Origin: an uncultured delta proteobacterium
GTDB taxonomy: Bacteria > Myxococcota_A > Polyangia > Polyangiales > B10-G4
NCBI GenBank assembly: GCA_963727445.1
Contig: CAVSGI010000012.1
Location: forward strand, 256,001 to 320,000
Direction of reading: 5' to 3'
Length of the DNA: 64,000 bases
Shown: positions 18,715 through 29,210 of the stretch, in pieces
Layout: each line of letters begins with the position of its first letter
Position numbering within the stretch: position 1 is the first letter of the stretch
The notes under the pieces: generated by a model
The model's input: only the letters and a program-made list of their open reading frames with translations
What the model was told of the DNA's origin: nothing
Database searches by the model: none
Made by a program: the position numbers and the translations under genes

Positions 18715-19800
18715 CTAGCGCTGTGCGCGCGCCATGGCTTCGGCTGCCTCTTCCGGGCGCCCGGCGTCTTCCAGGGCGAGGCTCAGGTTCATCCACCAGT
18801 CGGCGTTTTGGTCGTCCAGCTCGAGGGCGCGCTGATATCGCGCGATGGCCTGGTCGTTCATGCCGGCGAGCTGGGAGTCGTAGGCGAGGCGGGCGTTCCA
18901 GCTCGCGACGGCGTCGCGGTAGTTGGTGCTCGACGGTTCGAGAGCCAGCGCGTGCTCGTAGGCGTCGAGCGCCTCATCGCTCTGTCCGATGCGTTCGAGC
19001 GCGACACCGTAGTTGAACCACCAGGTCGGGATCGAGTCGTCGGCGGCGACGGCGTCGCGATACGCCTCTGCCGCCTGCCTGAAAGACGCCTCGTCCTCCT
19101 GGCCGAGAAGGGTGTAGCCCCAATCGGCGTCGGCCTGGCCGGGGTCGAGCGCGAAGCTCAGGGTCGGCCGGAGGAAGGTGCTCCCGGCGGCGAAGAACGC
19201 GAGTAGCGCGACCACGGCCACCGGTGCGGCGATCCGCTGTTTCGCATGGCCGGTGACGCCCCACCCGAGCACGGCGCCGAGGACCGCGCCCGCTCCGTGG
19301 GCCACGTTGCCCACCGCCCACAGGTCCATCGCGGTGGTGATGACGCAGAAGAAGAACCACGCGACGAAGAGCTGCGTCGTCCGGGTGGGCATGGCGCCCG
19401 CGAAAAGCGGATCGCGGCGGCTCGCGACCCAGAGGAAGCCGAAGAGCCCGTAGCCGATCCCCGAAAGGCCGATACCGCCCGCCGAGAAGGTCCACTCCGC
19501 GAGCGATGCGCCCGCGCCGACCAGCAGGTAGCCGACGCCGGTTCGGGCGCTGCCGAGAACGTTTTCGACCCGCGTGCCGAGCACGAAGAGCCAGTAGAGA
19601 TTGAAGGCCAGATGCAGGGCGTCGACGTGGAGGAGGGCCGAGGTGATCGCGCGCCACGGCTCGCTGGCGAGCTCGGGCCCCATCATCAACGCCTCGAAGC
19701 TCGCGTCGCCGTACCAGCGCATCACCGACAGCACCAGGGCCATCGCCCCGAGGCCGGAGGTCATGGGTGTGGAGAGGAAGCGCCGAAAGTCGCCGGGCAT
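18715..19800 (-). CDS. Rhomboid intramembrane serine protease with C-terminal TPR repeats
   Basis: EPWR, LLH...HLAFN, GLSG (Ser), AHGAG (His), followed by TPR helices. Confidence 0.9.
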   Translation of the reverse strand: MPGDFRRFLSTPMTSGLGAMALVLSVMRWYGDASFEALMMGPELASEPWRAITSALLHVDALHLAFNLYWLFVLGTRVENVLGSARTGVGYLLVGAGASLAEWTFSAGGIGLSGIGYGLFGFLWVASRRDPLFAGAMPTRTTQLFVAWFFFCVITTAMDLWAVGNVAHGAGAVLGAVLGWGVTGHAKQRIAAPVAVVALLAFFAAGSTFLRPTLSFALDPGQADADWGYTLLGQEDEASFRQAAEAYRDAVAADDSIPTWWFNYGVALERIGQSDEALDAYEHALALEPSSTNYRDAVASWNARLAYDSQLAGMNDQAIARYQRALELDDQNADWWMNLSLALEDAGRPEEAAEAMARAQR

Positions 19801-19952
19801 CGCGGCGCAAGGTACGCCCGGAAGAGCGGCGAGCTTCCCTCGACGGAGAAATCAGTCCTCACCCGTCCACGCGCGCGTGCAAATGTTGCCTCGTCGTCGG
19901 AAAGGGCACGCTCCGCAGCCTCGGAAGTAGAAATGAATTCGATCGTCCAAGG

Positions 19953-19968
19953 TGGCCGTGGCCTTGCA
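19953..19968 (+). promoter_or_regulatory. Candidate sigma-54 promoter
   Basis: TGGCCGTGGCCTTGCA has GG-N10-GC spacing. The implied leader is very short. Confidence 0.35.
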
Positions 19969-19982
19969 TGTCCAAAGAGGCG

Positions 19983-20150
19983 ATGAACACCTCGCCCGAG
20001 CTCCCACCCACCGAAATCGATCTCTCTCAGCCGCCGTCCCGCTCTCGTCGCTGGGGGGCCGGGTTCTTCGTCGCGCTCCTCATCGTGGTGGGAGGCATCT
20101 TCTATCTGGGGACCGGCGCGGTCGTCGTCACCACGGTCGCCGGGTACTGA
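19983..20150 (+). CDS. Small single-TM protein (55 aa)
   Basis: GAGG upstream of ATG, one hydrophobic helix, stop codon abuts the ATG of the next gene. Confidence 0.55.
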   Translation: MNTSPELPPTEIDLSQPPSRSRRWGAGFFVALLIVVGGIFYLGTGAVVVTTVAGY

Positions 20151-20981
20151 ATGTTCGCCGCCTTCGGTCGGGGGCTGATCTTCTTCGGGCTGATGGCGCT
20201 GCTCTTCGTTCCGGCCGAGCGGTTGTGGGCGGCGGTGCGAAGAGAGGAACGGCCCGGCACCGGAACCGACCTCGCACACTTTCTGTTGAACCCGCCGCTG
20301 ATCCAGCTGGGCTCGGCGCTGGCGCTCGCTGCGATGGCCGAGCTCTTCGCCAGGCTCGCGCCCACGCGCTTCGCGGAGGCGCTCGGCGCGCAACCATGGG
20401 CGCTTCAGCTCGTCGAAGTCGTCGTGCTGGGTGAGCTTTTCGGCTACTGGGCACATCGCGCGCTTCACGCCTCGCCCTTGCTGTGGCGCTTTCACGCCGT
20501 CCATCACTCGGCGGAGCGCATGGATTGGCTGGCCGCTCATCGGGAGCACCCGCTCGAGGTCGTCTTCCTGGTCGCGGTCGCGAACCTGCCGGTGATCGCA
20601 CTCGGCTTTCCGGTCGAGACGGTCTGGCTCTTCGTCGTCCTTCAGAAGGTCCACACGGTCTTCGTTCACGCGAACCTCCGCGTGCGTCTCCGCTGGTTCA
20701 GCGCGATCCTAGCCATGCCCCGCTTTCATCATTGGCACCACGCCGCGGACGGCCGCCCGCGCAACTTCGCGAGCCTCTTTCCCTTCCTGGACCGCCTCTT
20801 CGGGACCTACGACGAGCCGGCCGGTCATCCGGCGGAGGTCGGCGTCTCGGAAGCCGTGCCCTCCACCTGGCTCGGCCAACTCGCGCATCCCTTCGTCGGC
20901 GCGCAACCGAGCCAGCGCGAAAAGAGCGCCACGCTCTGTGCAGGTGCCGAGTTGATGATGGGACATCCCACCACCGAATGA
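20151..20981 (+). CDS. Sterol desaturase / fatty acid hydroxylase family protein
   Basis: His boxes YWAHRALH, FHAVHHS, FVHAN, FHHWHH, and DRLFGT. Confidence 0.92.
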   Translation: MFAAFGRGLIFFGLMALLFVPAERLWAAVRREERPGTGTDLAHFLLNPPLIQLGSALALAAMAELFARLAPTRFAEALGAQPWALQLVEVVVLGELFGYWAHRALHASPLLWRFHAVHHSAERMDWLAAHREHPLEVVFLVAVANLPVIALGFPVETVWLFVVLQKVHTVFVHANLRVRLRWFSAILAMPRFHHWHHAADGRPRNFASLFPFLDRLFGTYDEPAGHPAEVGVSEAVPSTWLGQLAHPFVGAQPSQREKSATLCAGAELMMGHPTTE

Positions 20982-21005
20982 CCAGCGGGGTCTCACGCGA
21001 TCACT

Positions 21006-21266
21006 TTACCATCCACCTCGCCCGCGCACCCAGCGTTGCGCGCTCCGGCGCTCGAGGGCCGGCTTGCATACCTTGGGTCGCCCCCCTTCGTCGGAGAGCT
21101 CGTCGGCGCGCGTGCCAACCGGCCAACCGCGATCATCCAGCTCTCCGCAGATCCACGGGTAGTAGGTCGCCCTCCGTACGGCGAGATCCGGGTGCCCGTC
21201 GCCGTTTTCGAGAGGGGCGCTGAGGAGAGCCATCAGCAACGGCAGAAGCACCGATCCCCCCGACAT
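21006..21266 (-). CDS. Small exported hypothetical protein
   Basis: MSGGSVLLPLLMALLSA signal-like start 5 nt after the upstream stop. Two Cys. Confidence 0.45.
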   Translation of the reverse strand: MSGGSVLLPLLMALLSAPLENGDGHPDLAVRRATYYPWICGELDDRGWPVGTRADELSDEGGRPKVCKPALERRSAQRWVRGRGGW

Positions 21267-21271
21267 GGCGC

Positions 21272-21622
21272 TCAGTTGATGCAGACGAAGGCGTGGCCGT
21301 CGCCCGGCGTGCTCTTCTCTTCGCAGTTGTAGCCCTCGCGGCAATCACTGTCCGAGCTGCAAGAGAGCAGACAGCGTCCGCCGCTCTCGGTGACGCAGGT
21401 CGAGCCACCGGGACAGTCGTCCTGGCTCGAGCAGCTCACCGTGCAGGTACCGTCCGGATACATGCTGTCCATGAGGCAGCTCGAGCCGCCCGCGCAGTCC
21501 GAAGCGCCCGAGCAGGTGCCGCCGACGACATCGCCGTCCGTGCCCACGCCCCCGCCGCAAGCCGTGGCGAAGAGTGCCAGTGCCAGGAGAAGGAAGAACA
21601 GGAGTGTGCGTGTTTCCGCCAT
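21272..21622 (-). CDS. Small Cys-rich lipoprotein
   Basis: Lipobox ATAC and three C....DC..G..C modules. Confidence 0.8.
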   Translation of the reverse strand: MAETRTLLFFLLLALALFATACGGGVGTDGDVVGGTCSGASDCAGGSSCLMDSMYPDGTCTVSCSSQDDCPGGSTCVTESGGRCLLSCSSDSDCREGYNCEEKSTPGDGHAFVCIN

Positions 21623-21664
21623 CCGGCGAGAGTGCCAGAGCCGGCGCTGGCCGACCAGCGCCGG

Positions 21665-24217
21665 TCAGGGCGTGGCGGTGACCACGACTTCGCTATCCGA
21701 GCGCACGGAGAGCCAGAGCTGGTCGCCCTCCGCCCGCCAGCACACGCCATCGCAGCCCGCGCTCACCGTGGCCACGTCGGCGGCAGCGACGACGGGGGTG
21801 GCGCCGGCCGTCACCGAGCTCACGCCCGTGATCGCCGGCTCCGCGTTGGCGAGCTCGATCTGGAAGCGCACATCGGAGATCCCCGTCGCCGTAGGGGTCA
21901 TGCGCACGCGCAGGCCGTCGGTGGTGCGTTGGACCTCGATCTCGGGACCCTCCTCGGTCGCCACCGTCGCGCGCTCGCCCGGGAAGGACCATGCCCGCAA
22001 GTAGGGGCGCTGCGACGGGCCGACCAGGGGGGGATCGACGTCGACCAGGGTGTCGAGGTCGGCCGGGCCGAGGGGCAGGAGCGCGCCGACGCGGACGAAG
22101 ACCGCCGGCGTCCCGATGGGCGCGTCGACGGTGATGTCGCTCGGGCCCGTGAAGGACTCGCCCGTGTAAAAGTGGGCCCATCGCCCGGGCGGCAGGTGGA
22201 GCGCGCGCGTGGTGGCGCCCGGGGCGGTCACCGGCGCCACCAGGATGTCGCCACCGAGCACGTAGATGTAAGGGTCGTCGTGTCCTGCGGTGTCCTCGGG
22301 CCAGAGCATCGAGGGATGCGCCACCGGCGGATAGCCGCTCTCGGTCGCGCGAAGGGCCTGGACCCGGAAGAAGGGGACGAGGTCCATGTGGCTGCGCGCG
22401 AGCGCCGCGTAGATGTCGCCGGCCTCGGCGTCGTAGAGCCAGGGGTTGTGATGGTCGCCGGCGCCGCCGAGCTGGAGGATGGGAGAGAACGCCGTGTGCT
22501 CCGCCCAGCGGAGGAGCACCTCGCGGTCGGGCATACCGCCGCGATAGCCGCCGGTGTCCGAGCCGAAGTTCGGGAACCCGCTCGCGGCGAGGCTGATGAG
22601 CCCGCTGATCGCGGCCGGCAGCCCGCCCACTTCGTCGGTTCCCGCCTCGCGGAAGTCGTTGTCGAGATCGCCGGGCCAGATGATGTCGGCCACGGACTGC
22701 CCGCCCCACGACGAAGCGCGCACCAACAAGAAGCCGCCGTCCGCGCCGCCGCCCTCGTCTAGCGCCGCTCGGTAGGGTACGTGATAGAGCGTGTTGAAGA
22801 CGTTGTGCAGCTCGCGCTCGCTTCGTCCGTCGGAGAACTGGAAGTCGGCGCGCTGCCCGAAGATGTCCGTGAGGATGTCCTCCCCGTAGTCGAGCTTGAA
22901 GGCGCGCACGCCCATGTCCACCACCAGACTGGCGCGGCCCTGCCAGAACGTGGTGGCGTCGGCGTTCGTGAAGTCGATCAAGCCGCCCGGAGCACCGGGC
23001 GCGGCGGGGGAGACCTACACGTCCGAGGCGGTTCCCTGCCGGACGAACCAGTCCTGGTCACGGGCCATGACGAAGAGTTGCTCGGCTTCGTTCGCCGGCG
23101 TGGCGCCGTCGTCCACCGCGTCGAGGTAGGGCGTGCTCCACACCAGGGGCACGAAGCCGTCGGCGCGCATCTGATCGAGCATCGCCTGCGGCTCGGGGAA
23201 GCGCGCCTCGTCGAAGACGAAGTCGTTGTAGGAGACCTGCCAGGGGTTGTCGATCCACATGCTCGTGCAGGGGATGTGGAGCTCGCGGATGCGTCGCGCG
23301 TCCTCTTCGAGGACGGATCGATCCGCCCATTCGTTGCGCCAGTGCATGGGCGCGAATGCCCACCGGGGCGGCAGGATCGGCAGGCCCGTCTGGCGCGTGT
23401 AGGCCGCGATCACGCCGAGCGGGTCATCGTCGAGATAGAAGTAGATGTCGAGCACGCGCCCTTCGAAGGTGGCGCGGACCTCGCTCGGATCGGTTGCGCC
23501 CACGTCGAAGGCGCCCGCCTCGCGGATGGCGACGAATACGCCATAGCCGTTCGAGGAGGCGAAGAAGGGAATGGGCACGTGGTGCTCGTTGAAGCCGCTC
23601 GCGCGTCCGCCGATGGCGAGCTGCATGGGAACGACCCAACCGCGCGCGTCAGAGTCGGAGAAGCGCTCCCCGAGCCCCTGGTAGGTGCCGGTCTCGTCCG
23701 CGCCGAGGACGAATCGCAGGAGCGCCGCGTCATCCACCGAATCGTCGACGACGACCTGGAGCCGGTAGGTCCCTTCGGTGTCGTTCGAGACGGTGAGGGT
23801 CGCCATGCGCCCGTCGGCGTCGCCCAGCCGGAGCGACGATCCGTCGGATTCGAGGCCGTACTCGAGCGCTGACCAGCTCATGCCGGCGGAGAGGTCGACC
23901 GCCGGTTGATGAAAGGTCGAATCGCCACCGGCCGCCACGCCGATGCGGAGCGCTTCTGCCGCCGACGCGACTGCCGTCGAGCCGTCCGCCCGCTCGAGAC
24001 GCACGCTCAGCGGATCGGTGTTCACGATCAGACGCCCGCGCGCATCGCTGACCTCGATCGACTGCGGCGTGGGCGCCCGCGTGTCAGGCATCGCGTCGGG
24101 GGTGCCATCGGGGGTCGCGTCCATCGCGGCGTCCGTGGTGCCATCATCGCCGCAAGCCCACATCGACGTCGTCGCTGCAACAGCGACGAGGTAGCGTGCA
24201 ATCGTTCGCGCGTTCAC
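21665..24217 (-). pseudogene. GH31 alpha-glycosidase lipoprotein interrupted by an in-frame TAG at 23015-23017
   Basis: GLGE, PIPFF.SSNGYG, TG.P.LPPRWA, WID, IDFTN, FKLDYGE (nucleophile), WPGD (acid/base), GSDTGG, LVAPV. Both halves are in the same frame. Confidence 0.85.
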
Positions 24218-24252
24218 CGGCCAACTCTACGCCAGATCCGGCGCGCGGGCTC

Positions 24253-25980
24253 TCACTCCGTTTCGAGGACGGGCAGCGGAAGGAATGACGCGTCGATGAC
24301 CCGTTCGACGCGATCGATGGTGACCCGGGTCGTGAGCGACGAGAAGTCGTAGCTCGTGGGCTGGAGATTGACGCCGATGGGAGCATCGGTGATCTCGCCG
24401 TCGACCAGCGTCACGCTGGCGGCGGGGCCCGGCGGTGGATCACCCACTTGTACGCCCGCGAGCGCGGATCGGAGGATCTGGAAGCGCGTCAGCTCGAGCT
24501 CGCTCACGCCGAAGCTGGAGACGCCGATGCCGAAAGCGTTGCCGCAATCGACGGTGCAATCGGAGAGGAGGGTGTCGGCGATCACCAGATCCGCGACGTG
24601 GGCCGTGGAGCCGCCGTCGACGGTGATCCCGACCTCTCTCGCGCGCTCGATGCGGACGTGGTCTCCCTCGATGGTCGCGCCCGCGGTCGCCACCATGCCG
24701 AGCCCGAAGGAGCCGTCGAGCTCGCGCCCGCGAACCTCCCGCACCAGTACGTGGGAGACGTCGATCATCGTCGGGCTGAGCGCCATGATGCCGGTGTCGC
24801 GGTTGTCGTCGATGAGCAGGCGGCTCCCCCGAAACGTCGCCCCCGAGGCGGCGATGCCGCGTCCGGTCAGGCCCATCGCGTCCGATTGGGTATCGCGCAC
24901 CACGACCTGGTCGAGCGCGACGACCGCGTCGTTCAAGACCCCGATGCCCGTGTCCCGCGCGTTCAGAACCACGACCTCGGTGCCGCTGATGCTCGCGCCG
25001 CCCTGCGCCACGATGCCGCGCCCGAACCATCCGTCGGACTCGCGCCCCAGTGTGTCGCGGACCACGACGTCTTCGAGCTCGACGCGCGTTCCGTTGTCGA
25101 GGGCGCTGATCCCGGTGTCGTGGTTGCCGCGGAACACGGCGTGCGCCAGGGTGACGTATCCGGCTTCGGTCACGTCCAGCCCACGTCCGACCCAACCATC
25201 AGAGGGACGGGAGCCCGTGTCGGCCACGACCAGATTGAAGGCGGAGAGCTCGGCCTCACGGGTCACGAAGACACCCACCGACTCCGTTCCCGTCACGGAG
25301 ACACCCGCGAGCTCGCTGGATACCCCAACGCCGGCGGCGATGATCCCCGGCCGGGGGCTCGGGCCGAGCTGAACGTTACCGATGCCGGCCGTCCCCGAGA
25401 CGAAGTTCACGATGCCCGTTCCCTCGCGTGGCTCGCTGCTGATGATGGAGGTCTGCTCGGGACAAGCACCCCAGACGTAGACGCCGTCCGGGATCCGCAA
25501 CACCTCGTCGTAGGTGCCCGCGCTCACGAGGATCAGGGTGTCGCCGCGCGCGTCGGCGATCGCCTGGTCGATGGTGCCGAAGGGCGCGGTGGGCGTGCCG
25601 ACGCCGCCGGTGGCGCCGGCCTGCACGTAGACGTGACGGGCGATCGCCAACCACTCGGGCGGCCCCTCCTCCTCCTGCCAGGTCGTGGTCGGACACGCGA
25701 CGCCGGGCGAAACGCATTCCACGTCGCCGGCGAAGTGACCCATCACGCCCGTGCAGGCGGGGGGACGCGGATCGGCGAAGGGCTCGCAAGTCGCGGGCTC
25801 GCCGTCGACGAGGTGCCAGCCCGCGGGACACGGCGTGAAGAGGGGTGGCTCCGGGGCCATGACCCCTGCATCTCCCCCGTCTCCGGTCGTGCCGGAGTCC
25901 GCGGGCTCGCGCTCGCGTCCGCCGCAGCCCCACTGGGCTGCGAGCAAGAGCGTGAAACCGAGAGCGGAGCGCCTCCCCAT
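24253..25980 (-). CDS. Beta-solenoid (parallel beta-helix) lipoprotein, paralog 1, 4 repeat units
   Basis: Lipobox, CPAGW domain, VYV...G.GT..APFGTI cap, GAC, and V.DT....G..GRG repeats. Confidence 0.8.
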   Translation of the reverse strand: MGRRSALGFTLLLAAQWGCGGREREPADSGTTGDGGDAGVMAPEPPLFTPCPAGWHLVDGEPATCEPFADPRPPACTGVMGHFAGDVECVSPGVACPTTTWQEEEGPPEWLAIARHVYVQAGATGGVGTPTAPFGTIDQAIADARGDTLILVSAGTYDEVLRIPDGVYVWGACPEQTSIISSEPREGTGIVNFVSGTAGIGNVQLGPSPRPGIIAAGVGVSSELAGVSVTGTESVGVFVTREAELSAFNLVVADTGSRPSDGWVGRGLDVTEAGYVTLAHAVFRGNHDTGISALDNGTRVELEDVVVRDTLGRESDGWFGRGIVAQGGASISGTEVVVLNARDTGIGVLNDAVVALDQVVVRDTQSDAMGLTGRGIAASGATFRGSRLLIDDNRDTGIMALSPTMIDVSHVLVREVRGRELDGSFGLGMVATAGATIEGDHVRIERAREVGITVDGGSTAHVADLVIADTLLSDCTVDCGNAFGIGVSSFGVSELELTRFQILRSALAGVQVGDPPPGPAASVTLVDGEITDAPIGVNLQPTSYDFSSLTTRVTIDRVERVIDASFLPLPVLETE

Positions 25981-26049
25981 CGCAGGGTAGTAGCAGATGG
26001 GCGCGCTCCGGCACCCCCACCTCCGCCGTTCACTCGTATGTCGGTTGCG

Positions 26050-27399
26050 TCAGCGAAGCTGAGGCAGGTCGCCGTCGAAGCCCGGAGCACCGAAGCCGGT
26101 CAGTGGCTCGAGCGACGGATCGGAGACGGCGTTGACCAGCTCGGTGAGCAGGCGGTTGTGGGGGACGTCGAAGTCCTCGAAGTAGTTTTCGGGCTCGTGC
26201 TGTCGCTTCCAGTCGGGGGCGCGGGTGAAGGTGCCCCGGCGGTCGGCGAGGAAGTCGATGTAGCGTCCGGTCGAGAGCGCACCGCCCGCCTGGCCGGCGA
26301 TGATGACGCCCATGTCGGCGAGGTGATGCAGGTGCGTGTTGAGCGCGAGCTCGCTGATGCAGAGCACGGCCGTGTGGTGCAACAGCGGCTGCCCATCCTC
26401 GGCTTCGGTGTCCCGCAAGAGCGAGAGCAAGTGAGCGAGCTCCTCGGCAAAGGCCTCGTCGTAGGCGCGGTTGGCGCCGTCGTGCGAGGCCTGGTGGTGG
26501 CTCGACAGGCCGCCCCAGTCGTAGCTCGAGCCGTAGAGCGCGGTGTGGGCGTACCACTGCAGGGTGCCCACTCGGGTGATGTCGCAGGCCATCGCCCGAA
26601 CGAGGATCTCCGCGTGGAGCCGCCCCACCGCGCGCTCGTCCGAGGTCGGGCCCATGGTGGGAATGGTGCATGCGGCCGTGGTCGGCGGCATCACGTCGAG
26701 GCGCCGCTCGATGTCCCGGACCTGATCCAGGTGGGCGTCGAGGCGCACGCGGTCTTCTGCGCCGAGCTGGCAGCGGAAGCGTTCGTAGGATCCGCGGACC
26801 GCGCCGAGGATCGTTCGCCGCCGAAGCGCTTCGCTGCTCGGGCCGGCGGAGGCGGGGGCGTCGGGCGCGGCCACCCCGCCGAAGAGCCGGTCGAAGGCCA
26901 CCCGCGGGTCGTTTTCGGGATGCACCGGGTTTCCGTCGGCGTCGAAGGACATGGTGCGGATGCTGGAGATGCCGTGGAGGCTGCTGGCGCGGCGGGTGAG
27001 CCCGATACGCGAGGCCACGACCTGATCGATCGACGCGTTGCTGGCGCTGAGGACATCATCCGCCGCGATGTCGCAGACGTTGCCCGTGAGCATGTGACCC
27101 CAGCCGCTCGGATGGTCGGCCGCGTTCTGGGCGCCGGCCGACACCATGGAGAGGCCGCGGGTCACGATCAGATCCGAAGCGTGGGGCGCGAGCGCCGCGA
27201 GTGACGTCCCTTCGAGCGCGAGGCTGGTGGGGAAGCCGTCGAGCTGAAAGCCGCAGGGCGTGAACCAGACGATGAGCCGCTTGGGCACCACCGGATCGGA
27301 GCCCTCGGCGGTGGCCGAGCGGAGGAATGGCAGCGCGAGGGCGGCCCCCGCAGCGCTGCGCAGGAATGCACGGCGGGTTTTCGACGAATCACGGCTCAC
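26050..27399 (-). CDS. DUF1552 domain protein with Tat-like signal
   Basis: TRRAFLR...LALPFL, PKRL, SIDQVVA, P.NDP..AFDRLF, EDR.RLDAHL..VRDIERRL, ACDITRV, H..SH. GTGA overlap with the upstream gene. Confidence 0.88.
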   Translation of the reverse strand: MSRDSSKTRRAFLRSAAGAALALPFLRSATAEGSDPVVPKRLIVWFTPCGFQLDGFPTSLALEGTSLAALAPHASDLIVTRGLSMVSAGAQNAADHPSGWGHMLTGNVCDIAADDVLSASNASIDQVVASRIGLTRRASSLHGISSIRTMSFDADGNPVHPENDPRVAFDRLFGGVAAPDAPASAGPSSEALRRRTILGAVRGSYERFRCQLGAEDRVRLDAHLDQVRDIERRLDVMPPTTAACTIPTMGPTSDERAVGRLHAEILVRAMACDITRVGTLQWYAHTALYGSSYDWGGLSSHHQASHDGANRAYDEAFAEELAHLLSLLRDTEAEDGQPLLHHTAVLCISELALNTHLHHLADMGVIIAGQAGGALSTGRYIDFLADRRGTFTRAPDWKRQHEPENYFEDFDVPHNRLLTELVNAVSDPSLEPLTGFGAPGFDGDLPQLR

Positions 27400-29087
27400 G
27401 GGCAGACCTCCGGGGTGGGACGGCGACGGGATCGGAAGACGTCCGAGGTGACGATCCTGAGGATGGTGGTGCGGATGCTCTGATGTTCGTCGCCGGCGAT
27501 CGACGAGGAGAGGCAGCGGTCCTCGGGGCGCGACATGCTCCGTCCGACGCCGTACTCGGCGAGCTTTCGCGTCACGCACTCGCGCACTGCCGGCGAGGTC
27601 GCCAGCATCGACGAGAGCTCGCGGCCGTCGTCGAAGGAGACCTCCTCACCGTCGATCTCGACGCTGCCGCTCGCATCGACGGGGAGGCCTGAGGGGTCGG
27701 TCGTCCGGAAAGCGCCGATGGCGTCGTACTCCTCGAAGCCCAGACCGAGTGGATCGATGGTGCGGTGGCAGTAAGCACAGGGATTTTGGCTGTGGAGCTC
27801 GAGCTGGTCCCGCAGCGTCCCGCCGGCGGCCGCCTCCTCTGCGAGGGGAGCGACGCCGGGCGGCGGCGCGCCGAGATCGGCGCAGAGGACCTTTCGCGCG
27901 ATGAACACCCCGCGGGCGATCGGGTTCTCGCGATCGGTCTTGCTTCGAACCGAGAGCAGGCTCGCGTGGGTGAGAACGCCCGAACGCTCTGACGGGTCGA
28001 GCTCCACGCGCGTGAGCGCGTCACCCGAGACGCCGTCGATGCCGTAGAAGGCGGCGAGCTGTCCATCGACGAAGGTGTAGTCGGCGTCGAAGGCGTCACC
28101 AAAGGTGCCATCCGAGTCGAAGGTGAGATCCTCGAGCAGCGCCAGGCTCTCCTTACGCATCGAGCTCGCGAGAGCGGGAGAGAACGCGGGGAAGAGCTCC
28201 GCGTCCGGCGCGAGGTGGCTCATCGACTCATCCTCGATGCCCAGCCACTGCTCGTTGAAGCGTGAGAGCGCCTTCCGCGCTCGGCCAGATTCGTGGTCGA
28301 GGAGCCACTCGGCCCAGCGGCCGATCCCGTCGGCGTCGTCGAGCTCGCCGGCTTCGGCTGCGTCGAGGAGCTCGTCCGGCGGCGTGGAGCTCCACAGGAA
28401 GAAGGAGAGGCGGCTGGCGATCTCGTAGCCGGAGAGCACGACCACTCCGCCGGCGGCCGACGGGCCACCGAGCTCGGCCCGGTAGAGAAAGCCGGGCATC
28501 TGGAGCATCGCCGTGACCACACCCTCCGCTGCGGCCTCGGGGGTATCGCCGATGTCCGCACCGCGCAGCGTGTCGTAGAGGGCGACGAGGGCGCCGAGCT
28601 CGTCCTCGGTCACCGGCCGCCGGAACATGCGGCGGCCGAGGTCGGCGACGAGGGTGCGCACGCACGACACGTCGGGGCAGGCGAGGGTGATGGCGCCGCT
28701 GCCCATCGCCTCGGCCGCGATCGCGGGCGCGATCTCTTCGAAGTGCTCGGTGGCGCTCGCGGTCGGGTTGAGCCCGGCGGCGTTCGTGTCGAAGAGGTCG
28801 CCGCCCGCCTCGACGTTCACGCGCATCGGGGCCGAATCGATCCCGAAGAGATCCGCGACGGTGTTGTTGTACTGGGTGCGGGTGAGCAGGCGCAGGGGCG
28901 TCTCGTCCGCGAAGCTCATCTCCCCTCGGCAGAGCGCCTCGCTGCCCGGGGCACCGTTGGGGCCGCCGTTGCGGCGGTCCCCACCCACGCCCCCGCCTGG
29001 CGAATTCGCGGCGTCCGAGATGACCCCCTGACAGCCGAGAACCACGAAGGCGAGGGAGGAGATCATCAGGACAGCGAGACGACGCAT
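27396..29087 (-). CDS. DUF1592 (DUF1587/1595/1592/1588/1585) lipoprotein with CxxCH
   Basis: LRLLTRTQYNNTVADL, FRRP, FLYR.E, YEIASRLSFFLWSSTP, RSGVLT, PIARG, CAYCH, DPLG.GFE.YD.IG. Confidence 0.9.
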   Translation of the reverse strand: MRRLAVLMISSLAFVVLGCQGVISDAANSPGGGVGGDRRNGGPNGAPGSEALCRGEMSFADETPLRLLTRTQYNNTVADLFGIDSAPMRVNVEAGGDLFDTNAAGLNPTASATEHFEEIAPAIAAEAMGSGAITLACPDVSCVRTLVADLGRRMFRRPVTEDELGALVALYDTLRGADIGDTPEAAAEGVVTAMLQMPGFLYRAELGGPSAAGGVVVLSGYEIASRLSFFLWSSTPPDELLDAAEAGELDDADGIGRWAEWLLDHESGRARKALSRFNEQWLGIEDESMSHLAPDAELFPAFSPALASSMRKESLALLEDLTFDSDGTFGDAFDADYTFVDGQLAAFYGIDGVSGDALTRVELDPSERSGVLTHASLLSVRSKTDRENPIARGVFIARKVLCADLGAPPPGVAPLAEEAAAGGTLRDQLELHSQNPCAYCHRTIDPLGLGFEEYDAIGAFRTTDPSGLPVDASGSVEIDGEEVSFDDGRELSSMLATSPAVRECVTRKLAEYGVGRSMSRPEDRCLSSSIAGDEHQSIRTTILRIVTSDVFRSRRRPTPEVCP

Positions 29088-29130
29088 GACCCCCATCCTC
29101 GGTCTGCGCATGGCGTGGGTCCCCCCAGGG

Positions 29131-29160
29131 CCGCCAAGGTCTGCCAAGGTTTCAGCAAGT
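29131..29160. promoter_or_regulatory. 10-bp tandem direct repeat, candidate wHTH operator
   Basis: CCGCCAAGGT-CTGCCAAGGT plus a weaker third copy, upstream of the DUF1592 gene. Confidence 0.4.
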
Positions 29161-29210
29161 CACTGAAAACGCGCGCGTTTTCGCGCTATGTAGGCGTTTG
29201 TGCGCTTGCG

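Noticed and set aside
20148..23017. Genetic-code reassignment or Sec/Pyl recoding suggested by the in-frame TGA and TAG
   Set aside because: TGA and TAG end many genes normally here. The TGA is followed by a proper ATG, and I recognised no SECIS or pyl genes.
24448..27204. Very long antisense and alternative-frame ORFs (also 60308-63034, 52950-55442, 28293-30398 and others)
   Set aside because: They are shadows of real genes in high-GC DNA, with Arg/Gly/Ala-rich translations and no motifs.
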